Below are positions 11,933 to 23,483 of a DNA stretch of 38,838 nucleotides, piece by piece. Origin of the DNA: Catajapyx aquilonaris (Eukaryota); NCBI GenBank assembly GCA_000934665.2, contig JYFJ02003675.1, positions 1 through 38,838 of the forward strand, written 5' to 3'. The position numbers and the translations under genes are program-made. The first letter of the stretch is position 1. Every line of letters starts with the position of its first letter. The notes beneath the pieces were generated by a model. The model worked only from the letters and a program-made list of their open reading frames with translations. It had not been told where the DNA came from and ran no database searches.

Positions 11933-12847
11933 CAGGGTGATCCAACTTTATGGCACCAGTAGTTATTGGAAGAATCGCGCAAGCTGCTTGTTTATAAGCA
12001 GGTCGTTGCTAAGAGATGCTTTCTGGCTCTTTCTGGAGAATCGGGAATAGCACCTGCTGATATTAGGTCTAATGCCCATGTAACAAAATTAATGAGGGGA
12101 AAAAAGGGTCATCCGTGGAAAACAGGCCTGTTCTGGTGTTCACTGGAGGGTTTCACGTGAGGTCACTAGCTGCCAAACCAGAGGCCTAATCCGTCGGAAC
12201 TGGACAGACCCGGGTGTGTCAATAAATATGCCTTCTGGTCTGTTCATTGTTGGCCGCAGTTGGCGCAACTGAGGCAGCGTTGTTTAGTTACCAGTATAAA
12301 TAAATAGTTCTTGTAGAGTCAGGACCAGGACATGCCTTACTCAGGGGGCCTGTTCGAGGGCCGCCCAAGGGCTTCCAGGGTTCTAACAGTAGGCTACAGT
12401 CTGAATTGGGCATTCTCTCATTAATTGGTACATGTATGGGCATTGGACCTAATATCAGCAGGTGCTAAGACTGGTAACTAAACAACGCTGCCTGTTGACC
12501 TGTCTCAGTTGCGCCAACTGCGGCCAACAATGAACAGACCAGAAGGCCTATTTATTGACACACCCGGGTCTGTCCAGTTCCGACGGATTAGGCCTGTATG
12601 TGGTTTGGCAGCTAGTGACCTCATGTGAAACCCTCCAGCGAACACCAGAACAGGCCTGTTTCCCACTGATGACCCTTTTTTCCCTCATTAATATTGTTAC
12701 ATGGGCATTGGACCTAATATCAGCAGGTGCTATTCCCGATTCTCCAGAAAGAGCCAGAAAGCATCTCTTAGCAACGACCTGCTTATAAACAAGCAGCTTG
12801 CGCGATTTTTCCAATAACTACTGGTGCCACAGAGTTGGATCACCCTG
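11933..12847. mobile_element. Fold-back Tc1/mariner-type MITE with ~360-bp TIRs
   Basis: TA|CAGGGTGATCCAACT ... AGTTGGATCACCCTG|TA. Arms ~11933-12295 and ~12470-12847 are near-identical reverse complements, which explains the mirrored ORFs at 11966 and 12548. Confidence 0.93.
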
Positions 12848-13794
12848 TATAATTAAAACGGGACACATCAGGACACCTGACCAGTCATCAGAAAATTCTC
12901 ATGTATTGGTCGATTGAGATGGTTGGGTCGTATGACCTAGTCATCGCTGACTACCTCATCATGGGACTATGCCGTGATTATTGTGTATACGTATGTTGGA
13001 TGTAACCCAGCGAGAAAAGGGTGCTGCCTGCCTACACACCAGTCTTTGGGAACCAGGCTGACACAGACACACAGTTGCACATTGGGGATAAATTTTTCAA
13101 ACGCATAATTATGCAGATTTTCCAACTTGCAAATATCTACAATTCTACATGATATTCGCATTACGATACTGTTAGACATTGGGGTCATCAGCAGAGACAC
13201 ATTATTTCTTGGCACATAAGTGCCCATAAAGCCACGAAAACAGTGAGTGACTGAAATAAGAGGAAATTCCGGGAAAATTAATTCGGTCATTATCGCCGAT
13301 TTTGACAATATATTATTTTTATCGAGTTCCCTGGACGTAACATAGCAATTTTAGCTGCACCACATTGTAATGCATATGCATTGTGACCCTCTATAAAAAT
13401 TTAGTATGCCTATACGAAAATATATCGCAAATGAAGGTAATTGAAAATGGGTCATTTCAGTAAATTTTCCACTAAATTCAGACCTGCAAAAATTCAGATA
13501 AATACAGATTTTTAAATTTATTGCCTATGCCTATAAAGACTGGGAAGAACCAAAGACTAGCTGCCACCACCTGCCACCTTGACCGCTAGAGACAATTAAC
13601 TTCCGGACCACCCATCTTGCAGTGGCATTGTAAATAGAGACTGTTTATAACCTGAGGGATTCGTCAAAATTTGTCTTCATCATCATAAATTAATAAGAAC
13701 CATTGAAGAACTGCATCCCTCCCCCTTCCTCCCAAAAAAATCGGCGGTAGAATCAGGGCATATCGCGCCACCTTGATGTGGGTAAGGATGCANC

Positions 13795-14794
13795 GACACT
13801 ATTCCTTGGGTGGAGAAACGTTTCGTTAAAGAGTAATTGAATTATGAAATTGCAAGTAATTAACAATCAAGAAATGAAAATAAGCAAGTGTTTCATTGTT
13901 GAAACTGTTTATTCGTATTGTTTAAAAAAGGAGATGAAGGAGTGGCATTTCTCTTAGCCGGTCTCCCACCCCATAGACCTGTTCGACTTGGGTGGCCCTA
14001 CCAGTAGACGAAGCAACCGCCGGCATAGCTCTTTGGGGTCGGGTCCGTCGGGAGAAATGCAAGCCCACGCCCCACCACCACGACATCGGGGGGAAGGTGG
14101 CCTTTAAAAGGGCCGTTTATGTGTCTGGATCACCTGGAGGTAATGATGAACCTCTCGAAGATGTCACTGACGAAGGCTTCATGATGAACATGGCCTTGGA
14201 CGAGAAGGCGCCTGTGTCCGGGTGGGAGTGACCACACCAGCACTGTACGTCTTGTGGCCCTTCAAGGGGGTCCCGGACTTTTCGCCCCCGTGACATATTC
14301 GTCGTGGTGGGCAAAGCCACAATAACGTTCGTGGACCTGCGGCGCCACAAGACGGACAGTAAATGTTGAGGATACAGAAACCCACAATAAGCGCCCAGCT
14401 TCGCTATCGCTCCGCAAAAACTAAAAATATCACGCACGGGCGACGTATACCGTGCCTGGCAGGGCCACAGGAATGGATAGAACTGTTGCGGAAACAAAAA
14501 GCCATACAGCATCACCAACACAAAGCGCACCTCCATCCCTGTGACCCATTCCTTTGTCTCAAATTAACCAGCAAGAACACAACTGTTTATTATTATCGTA
14601 TTTCAGGTGACCTCCCAACACGTTTCCGTGGCAACCCTCACGTAACCATGGGGAATCCCCAAACCCTCCAAAAGGAGTACACAGTGTCAACAATTGAACA
14701 CATGCTTATTTTAATTTATTCATCGTTAATTACTTGCAATTTCATAATTCGATTACTCTTTAACGAAACGTTTCTCCACCCAAGGAATAGTGTC
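13795..14794. mobile_element. Unclassified inverted-repeat element, 114-bp arms around GC-rich cargo
   Basis: 13795-13908 and 14681-14794 are reverse complements (outer ~70 bp nearly perfect, beginning GACACTATTCCTTGGGTGGAG). No TSD visible; an N at 13793 makes the left flank unreliable. Confidence 0.75.
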
Positions 14795-16946
14795 ATTCGA
14801 CTCAGCCCATGGAGGAGCTTCAGGGTGTATAGAAACCTGCAATATTGGGGGGAGGGGGGGGGGTAAAGTGCATTCAAGCCTTGTCCAATTCTGGCACATG
14901 CTGTCTGCCATATTGGATCTGCCATTTTTAATTTGGAATTTTTTACCTCGGATCTGAAATCAGGGCCATTGAAAACCATTACAAAAAATTTCTGTACTTT
15001 TGGACGTGGAGCAGCTGGTGCCAAATAACGGCAACACTGGCCAATTTTAAGGTTGGCATTGTTTAGTAGAGATGTTGAGCATCCGATTGGTGTGATAAAA
15101 CGCGGTATTCAAGGAAAAAAATAATCGTCGTTTCATGTCCACTCTATCGCAAAAATGACCTGTTATTATTGAAAGAGAAAAATATATAACCACCATTTGA
15201 ACAAACATGGCGATGAAACGTTACGTTATTATCATTGTAATATATTATTTAACACTTAATGTTGACATCGCCAAGTATGACTGTTGACGATATGTGGACA
15301 CCTAAAAGTAGACATACTCTATACTCACATGTCTCAGGTATGTCAGGGCAGGGTTCCTCGTAATCTTCAATGTCGATGATCTCTTTTCGTGGCTTCACCC
15401 ATGGAGGTGGTGGTAGCCATGTGATCTTATCCTCAAGTGAGGGCATGATCGGCCTCCTTGGCATGTTTTTGAAGCTTCCTCCCCCCCAGACGGGGAGTGT
15501 GAAGGGACACTTGAGTTTTAAGTATTGTTGCTAGGCATCGAAGCAGGGGGTAAATATTGTTCATTGTTGCCCCAGTGAAATGTTTATTACAAGTTAGAGA
15601 CGGTAATATGCTGTGCTGCTATATACTTGTAGAGTAGGCCTAATGCACTTATTGGGCACATGCAAGGAACCAATTTGATACTAATCTGAGACTGCTTGAG
15701 ATACCTAGTGTATAATGGATATCACAGGAACATTTTGTACAGAGTTACTCTGCCGAAGGCGACGATCCCCCAAGTGTGGCAACGTGGCAGAGTGATGGAT
15801 TAGTAATTCTTGACAATGTCAAGTGATTCCTTTTCGAATGGCTGTCCCGAGTCGCCATTTAAATCGCTGTAAACCTTCCTTTACCTGTTTTAAATTTATT
15901 TTTATTTTTTGCCTGCGCGCGCTGGGCATATGGTTAACTTATATGGGATCATATGAATAACATATCCTACTAGATCAAGGTCAAAAATGACCTTCTCTAC
16001 CTGATCCCCAAGCTGATCCCCACATATAATGGAGGCTGTCACCTGACGTCGAATATCGCCTTTGTTTTGTCAGACTACCTAGTGCCCACATCAAAAAGTA
16101 TTTAAAAAATATGTTGTAAAATTTTCAAAACCACCTTTGAAACCTTCCCTATGCAATGATGAAATTCAGAGATGTGTATGACAAACGGATTTGTAGATGT
16201 GAATTTTAAGCTTTCATTGTGTCGTAATCATCCGGACACCCCTACTGTGTAGCCTTTATTTTGTGCTAGAATAATTGGACATAATAAGGTTAATAGTTAT
16301 TAATATATTATACACCAGGGAACATACATAAAGACGTAGTACTGTTGTTGTACAAAGTATACAGGATGGTGCACTGCTCAATGGAAAAGGTCATGGGGTT
16401 TTTATCCCAGCATCCATTAAAGGGAAGCAGAAGTCCCGACAAGTAAATGTGGCCCTAATTGTTGCTTACAACAGATTCTGCTAAAGAATTCACACCTTCT
16501 TTCTTTAAACTGGATACTTGGGCTGTGCACCCCCATTGTGTACAAATGGGAACGAGCAGCGAGAGTAGTTTGTATAATTATGCAACTTATTACTGACAAA
16601 GTTGAGGTGAAATGAGTCACAAATGGTGGCACGGTCCATCCCACAATGTTATAAAATATGGTGGCTGCTTTTACATAAGTAGCGATAAGTAGCATAAGTT
16701 GCTCTTGTTACACTATGCCGTAATTTTCTTCATAAGTAGCCAGGGCGGTCTCCCGCAGAGCAAAAAAGTGGCACACAAACTCCATAAAGTTTATTGCATT
16801 CTGTGAAAATTGGCGTATTGCGTGTGGTATCGCGAATGCAAAATGTAATAATCGAGACAATTTTCTTTTCCAAGGGGATATTTCCATTTGGCAACTTGAC
16901 ATATGGAATATCATGACTGAGGAAGAGAGTGTGTGTTATTCCACAG

Positions 16947-17050
16947 AGTCAACCCTTAGAACACCAGTCTTCAGCGACACCACATTCAAAAGTCGTCATA
17001 AAACCAAAGGCAACCAAAAAGGAGAGAGTCATCATCAGCGTGACATGGAG
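16947..17050 (+). CDS. Candidate upstream exon of the NPDC1-like gene with a possible GC donor
   Basis: gttattccacAG| then an open hydrophilic frame xSTLRTPVFSDTTFKSRHKTKGNQKGESHHQRDME ending at GAG|GCAAGG, close to the GC-AG consensus AG|GCAAGT. Inference only. Confidence 0.28.
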
Positions 17051-17205
17051 GCAAGGGGGTAAAAACCCCTCAGATCCGTTTGATGTACTTCAAAAATATA
17101 ATAATAATAATACTTAATTTTTAAATCGGTACTTGCACCACACACCCGCAGCTCCCTAGGTTATAAGTCCTGGCAACCTTTCCGAAGGAAAGAGTCTCAG
17201 GGAGG

Positions 17206-17492
17206 CTGAAGGGAGGCATGGTGGTCTGGTGGTTACGCCACTGGCCAGACAAGCGGAAGGCCGGGGTTCAAATCCCGTCCCCGTCACCTCTTCTTGGCCG
17301 GGTCTTTTTCCGCTTTTCACCCGACATACCGGGGCAGAATTGCACTCCCTACTCTGCCCAGGGCCAGGAGAAAAGGTCTGGTGTATTTCAGAAAGTCAGA
17401 AATGACTATAATTACAGCGCCCTCCCTCGGGAACCTCCCCTTCCCCCTAAAAGGGCTCCGCCCTATCACGGGGTATTTTTAAAAAAAAAAAG
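17206..17492 (+). mobile_element. tRNA-derived SINE, family B
   Basis: A-box TGGTCTGGTGG, B-box GGTTCAAATCC, poly(A) tail. 12-bp TSD GTCTCAGGGAGG at 17194-17205 and 17493-17504. Body differs from family A but the 3' hairpin is shared. Confidence 0.88.
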
Positions 17493-18049
17493 GTCTCAGG
17501 GAGGGTATTACGAGGTAGATTATAGCTGTTACAGGGACTCCAACGGGGGACTCCAACGGGGGCTTTTCATTCTAACCTTGAATAATCTCGGGAGGTATAG
17601 TACTGTACCACTCGAGATGGGACCTAGGTAAAGTCTGTATTTGACCTTTCGTAGGTAGTAGGTGCTGCCGGAAAAGGCTATAGTATGTTCTCAGCCATTT
17701 TCATGCCTCTAACTCATGAATTTGCTGCTAACCTTTTCTACGCTATACCGAAAATAAACTTGTGCATTTGCAGAGCATCCGAAGCTTTCATGTCATTATA
17801 TTCAGCCAGAATACGTAGGCGTGAGATTCCATTTTGACAAATGAGGGCTTATCAGTTGCCTCTATACTACAGTACAGTATATAACACGTGTGTGAATACA
17901 CTGTAGTCCCAAGCGCCTCAACTTCACGCCTACTATACACTGACACTGAAGCAAACAAGCTTAGTTCCTTTGACTACCGGACCTTGGTTTCTGTACAGTA
18001 TATGTCAGCCAAAATGTCAGAGGCAATTAAGTTACTACACTGCTTGCAG

Positions 18050-18113
18050 GACTTGCTAAGTGGCATGCAGTTTGACGTTCCCTTGCGACCCAAGCGAATA
18101 GACGGAAGACGCA
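18050..18113 (+). CDS. Candidate upstream exon of the NPDC1-like gene
   Basis: cactgcttgcAG| DLLSGMQFDVPLRPKRIDGRR with a weak donor A|GTGAAG. The phases would link 17050 to 18869. The 3' boundary is uncertain. Confidence 0.22.
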
Positions 18114-18868
18114 GTGAAGACACTTGCACAAGCATAATTAACTATGAAGGAACTGGGGCTGACTTATAGGTATTAAATAAATGGAAATGGTCATATTTAC
18201 TAGTTTAATAGTAGCTATTAATATTAGTATTAATATTTACCAGTTTAATAGTTCACGCTACGAGCCTGAAAGACCTGAGCCAATTGGAAACGCACTGTCG
18301 TGTTTATGAAAGTATAGCCATCTTTTTTTAAAAAACACTCTTGAATTACGGAATGATTTGTACTTGTGAAGAAAGCCTTTACTGTGCAAGTAAACAACTG
18401 TAATATTTTCTACAGCCTAGAGGAAAATTATGAGTGGTGAGATTCAATTTTACAATCACGCAAGGTTTCCCCAGGACTCGCGAACAATCTAACTTCCAAC
18501 ATGTCACGGCCGACCGAAAAGGCATCATTTCACAGCTCGTGCCAGCTATAAAGACCAAAAGTGGAGGTGATTATGCGTCATTACACTGCTATACAAACGC
18601 CGGATTTCTTGGTGGTTCACTGATCTTCTATAGCTGCAATTGGCACGAACCACCAATAAATCCAGCGCTCTAGAAAGAAACTATCCAGACATGCTTATTT
18701 GGACCTACAGTGTGCTGTCGTTGTACTTGTAATATGGAATTAACATATGCACCTGACGGGAAAAATAGGGGAATCACGTCCTACTTGAAGGGGGTGAAAG
18801 TCCTGTTAGAGGGGCAATTTTTTGTCAACCTATACTAGAGGCGACTAGAGGTGTTTTATGCTTGACAG

Positions 18869-18946
18869 CTCCTTTTGAAGTCGGGAGAGCAATATTGAAT
18901 GACATGCCTCTGCGCCAGAGTCAAGGAGAAAGAGTGACTGCATCAG
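18869..18946 (+). CDS. Candidate upstream (luminal-domain) exon of the NPDC1-like gene
   Basis: ttttatgcttgacAG| ... CAG|GTTGTC, 78 nt. Only the phase-1/phase-1 frame is open (xPFEVGRAILNDMPLRQSQGERVTAS), which is compatible with the phase-1 start of the TM exon. No homology support. Confidence 0.33.
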
Positions 18947-19011
18947 GTTGTCGACTTTCACAAGCAAACAAAAAAAAAGTGTTAAATATATCGCGACCAA
19001 AAATTTGTGGC

Positions 19012-19094
<83 letters not shown>
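19012..19094. repeat. (AAT)n microsatellite, ~27 units
   Basis: Directly visible. It produces the artefactual poly-Ile and poly-Asn ORFs. Confidence 0.98.
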
Positions 19095-19629
19095 TCCAGA
19101 ACTGTCAGCTATAATAAGCTGGTTTTATTTTTTGGCAGCATTCTGCCTGTTCTACAGTACTGTATAAGAAAGTGTCAACCTCTACTGCATGTAATGCTCT
19201 GCGCCAAGCAAACGTCATGTGTGTAAGCTGTCATGTGATATCTACGTTTTAAGGCTATGCTACGTACGGGGACCGGGCATGCGCTGCTCTGTAAATGTCG
19301 CAGTCGAGTAAACCGATTCTGTTCGTGTTATTGGGCTGTTCTCTTTGATTCCACCCCTTACATTCCCACCTTATTCGTATTTCGAAGGGAGGTAGACAGG
19401 ATTCAAAACACTGCACGTATCTTCTGCACATTGGCCTGTGGAGAGAATTAAATATTGATCGCAAGACGGCAACCGAAACTTAAATTAAACAAAAATGCGA
19501 TAACAAGTTTGCTGTTCATGTACAATTTTAACTTGCTACCTGGCACACCCCTGAATATCTGCTCATGTAGGCCTTACCATCAGTTCAAGGCATCATGACT
19601 ACCAGTTCACACAGTTCTGTTCTGAATTA

Positions 19630-19944
19630 GCTGTGAGGACGTGAAAATTCCACTTTTCGAAGCTAGTGTAAACTAACCTAACCTAACCTAACCTAACCTA
19701 ACCTACCCTAACCAAACCTACCCTACCCTACCCTACCCTACCCTACCCTACCTAAACTACCCTACCCTCACTCACCTAGGCTGAGAAAAATGGACTTTTG
19801 TGAAACCCTACGAATGAAAATAGTGGGGACATGTCCCCACTATTTTTTTACGTCCCCACTGTAATAGTACACAGCGCGTGTTTTTTTAGTGGGGACCTGA
19901 AAATGTCCCCACAATTAAATTGTGGGGACACATGTCCCCACAGC
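19630..19944. mobile_element. MITE with internal telomere-like (CCTAA/CCCTA)n tract and GTGGGGAC palindromes
   Basis: TA|GCTGTGAGGAC ... GTCCCCACAGC|TA ends. Pentamer tract at 19673-19768. Repeated GTGGGGAC/GTCCCCAC motifs at 19817-19942. Confidence 0.7.
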
Positions 19945-20709
19945 TATAGTAAAATCACAAAAACACACAAACTTCCGTCCCTTGAGCTAATGCAAGACCT
20001 GTACACGTAACACTAGAATGTGATTCCATTTTGTTGAGTATTTAGTGGTGGAAATGAAACGCATGCTCTGATGACATACCCTGGAGAGACTATAATTATG
20101 GTTATCTTCTATCGGCATTAAGTAACTCGAAGCGATAGGAACTTCAGTTCAACACCCTAATTATGTCCCTTATCCAATGCAGTGCAGATGTTCCTGCGGG
20201 CACTCTAAAAGTAAGAAGTGAGAGTTTTCTTACCCCTCAGGGTGTGCGGATGCTTGAATTGTGCTAGAGTGTCCTTAACTCCTTACTCGGAAAATGATGT
20301 CATTACATACCTTATAAAGAAGGGTATTTCACGTGTTCGTCTAGAAGGAAGTTAGTGCCCATTAGGCTGCAGAGAATGGCCATGGAATTGGGCACATTTA
20401 GTAAGAATGTAGAAATGCCTGTTCCACTCATAAGCGCACATTTTACTGTTGATTTTTAAAGAGCTTAATGACTTACAATATAGCCATATAAAATAGGAAA
20501 TACCCTAATTGTCCAACCAAAAAGAAAATAAGCTTTTTGAATAAAAGGGTCTAATTTCAACCTATCATGCTCCCCTAATAGCCTGTATTTGATGTTATAA
20601 CTTTCTCTGTTTCAGATTTCTCGTTTAAACATGAAATGGTGTTCCAACGTAGTGTAAAATGATGGCTCTATTAAATTTCTATTGCTAATACATTTTTCTG
20701 TTTACACAG

Positions 20710-20776
20710 CAATTGTGGCTGGTTGCAGTGCAGCAGCTGTGGTAGGTGTCGTAGCCGCTGGGATCTTCTGGTACAA
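20710..20776 (+). CDS. NPDC1: NPDC1/CAB-1-like protein, transmembrane-helix exon
   Basis: Acceptor tttctgtttacacAG|, donor |GTAAGT. Encodes xIVAGCSAAAVVGVVAAGIFWY(K), a hydrophobic helix ending in aromatic and basic residues. The phase-2 end joins the 26799 exon in frame (aa+g = Lys). Confidence 0.85.
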
Positions 20777-20901
20777 GTAAGTCTGATTTTTATGATTAAA
20801 ACTATGTTTCTTGTGTAATCGGTGCAGTACATTGTGTATGTGGTTACTAAGTAAATATTGCATATGGTCGAGAGCATAACGATGGTAAGTTTACTTATTA
20901 G

Positions 20902-21308
20902 TAGAGTCCGGATTTTTAGGCACGAAAAAAAACCTCACATAGGCATAAACATTTTACTTTTGCGGGCGTATGGGGGATAATGTTACAGAAAATAAAAAGC
21001 TAAATTAATTTTATAGGCCTAAAGCATAAATATAAGGTCACAAACCAGCAGAGCAAAAACCGAATAACAACGATAAACTGACAGAAAATCACGAAACTTG
21101 GGCAAAATACACAAAGTGCAAGCAAGAATCACTTGCTCTAGACAGCTTATAGCCAGTTTCCACTTTCACAATATGTTGCCAAATATTTTCCCAAATTTTT
21201 CTCTGATTGGAACAATCAGAGGGAAATTTAGAAAAATATTTGGCCTACGTGTCACGGCAACACGATTCGTATTACTTCTGAACAATTTTGGTCCTTTCAG
21301 GAGCAAAA

Positions 21309-21347
<39 letters not shown>

Positions 21348-21643
21348 ATCTCCGCAAAAAAACCAAACATGCCTCTGAAGGAATAGGTGCGGAATAGGCC
21401 CAAAAAGGCCCGAAATTGCTTGAAAAAGTTCAAAACTATCCCAAAATAGGCACGAAAAGTCGCAAAAAGCCAAAATATGCAATATAGTTTCCAAACCCAC
21501 GAAATATACCATTTTAGTCACTATAAACCCTAGCCTACAGTTTCCACATCCTGCACTTATGAAATGGATAGATCTCTTCACAAAACCATCCCAACTCTAC
21601 GTAAAGGAACTAAATAGGCATTTGCCTAAAAATTCGGACTCTA
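20902..21643. mobile_element. hAT-type MITE
   Basis: 21-bp TIR TAGAGTCCG(G/A)ATTTTTAGGCA with one mismatch. Left flank CTTATTAG reappears as CCTATTAG 4 nt after the right end (degenerate 8-bp TSD). Confidence 0.72.
21306..21349. repeat. (AAAT)11 microsatellite inside the hAT-type MITE
   Basis: Directly visible. Confidence 0.97.
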
Positions 21644-22689
21644 GCTACCTATTAGCCAAAATTATTTTGGGCAGTAGGGGACAATACAGGATATAGTAGT
21701 CAATACAGGCCGTGCTACATCAGATATCTTTTGATGTTCAAATGCTCATTGTAGGAAATTATTGTTGAATGCCAATTTTTATTGCCTCTTGCCAAGCAGA
21801 TGCAATGTTCGTATAGCTGATTTGTTACGTCTTGAGTGCAGTTGTTACATGAAGACAAATTAAATGCAATTGATATGCTCCTATTGGCAAAAAAAAATCA
21901 TTATTTTCATATAAAAAGACGACAGTTTACCTGCCATAAAATCATAAAATTATTCATGCTGTTCCGCACTCAGTTCAAAGACACACAATGGCATGCAATA
22001 GTATACGTCCCTTGAATGCTACATTCTAACAATGTGAATATGAAGGTGATCATTGAACTTGAATAATGTAATGATGCAATAGCGTGAAAATCGTGAATGT
22101 CAATCAGGGATGCAGTACTGTAGCATGACTTCCACTGCTTTGAAAGTGCGAATATGCAGTACCAAACGCAAATATGTTTACTCTAAAGTGGGCATTCACC
22201 TTGCCCATCTCACACGTTTTTGTACACTGTAAGCGGTACTGCGAGAGGATGTTGAAACCAGTACTTATTCTGATTTCCCAGTATAATGAGTTGGAAATGT
22301 AAATAAATAGTGCCGGTTCTATTATTCCTTTTATGAAAATTAAGAATCAGTATGATTGTATAATTATGCCCTTGCGATGTATATGCAGATTTCGCTGCGT
22401 CCATACTCATGGAAGCAAAACAGCCTGTACCCTTCATAAGGCAGAGGATATTTTAAGTGTCACACAAACAGAAACCAAAAATTATTACTTAAATAAAGCC
22501 TAAAAATATGAGTTTTGATTTTTGTTGCCAATTGGCAGCAATGGGTGGCAGCATACTGGCCACTGCCTGTCGGTGGGTATTATTTGCATAGAAATGAAAA
22601 CCATTTAACCTTTTATGCACACGCATGCTTACCTGAATGTGTTGAGAAAAAATATGAAAGGAATCTGGTATTTTAACCCAGATCCGTCC

Positions 22690-23050
22690 GTTATATCCTT
22701 GGGTGAGGAAGGGGCAGTAAGTTACATCGGGGTGCTTGTCATTCTGTGCGAATAGTGAAGTCGAGCTTTTGGCCATGATCGACGAGCTTTAATCCTCCCG
22801 CAAGATTCTCAAACACGTAGCGCCTTTGTCGAGGTTCAGGAAAGCCCGTGGAAGTCAAACTCGTCCTGTCTAAATTTGCAAATTGAGATAGCTGACATTT
22901 CATCACTGGCGACTCCCAAGTGAAAATCAGGAAGCGACAGACTTCGGCATCAGCTATTTATGGGAGGTTTTAGATCTCCATTACCGGTACGAAATCGTAT
23001 TTCCCTTGAAATTGGAGTTGGATTTGCGGCTACCTTCGCGAAGGACGAGC
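22690..23050 (+). pseudogene. Possible very decayed LINE reverse-transcriptase fragment
   Basis: VLVILC..SRAF resembles the xLDxSKAFD motif and TFAKDE resembles FADD at plausible spacing. Very weak. Confidence 0.22.
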
Positions 23051-23483
23051 AAGAGCGGATAGCCCTATTTACTGGCAAAATTATTCATCAGTAACACTAC
23101 AACCAAGGACACGGCCCTTCAAAATAGTTTGTGCGAAGGTTTTTCACTTGTGGAAGATATATTCTGGAATGACACATGTACAAGGGCTGGATGTAAAATA
23201 TAATTTATATGAATATGGGATGCATTATTAGGAAAATTTGATTTGCATTTTTTCGATATCATTTTTACTCCACTTTCACGACCTTTTCTCTCACCTCTGG
23301 AAGACGTTGAGATGCGTAAATAAAGCCCCAGAATGCTTTCAGGATAGAGGCATAATTTTATCCTCAGGTCATAATGTATAGTACAACAAGTATTCTAATA
23401 TGTTATTATAGGATAATATTTTAATAACCTTCAAAGGTCACTTTCAAAATTATTGCTTAAAATAATCAGTTTCGTGCCATTAA

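Noticed and set aside
11966..12814. Duplicated ORFs on opposite strands (also 29147-29581 and 34540-36042)
   Set aside because: Mirror images created by the TIR arms; no protein-family motifs.
18862..19226. Poly-Ile and poly-Asn ORFs
   Set aside because: Artefacts of the (AAT)n microsatellite.
20186..20660. Additional NPDC1 micro-exons (20188-20210, ~20345-20400, 20616-20648)
   Set aside because: Several incompatible splice options exist, and part of the region begins with the MITE-like end CACTCTAAAAGT. Cannot be resolved without transcripts.
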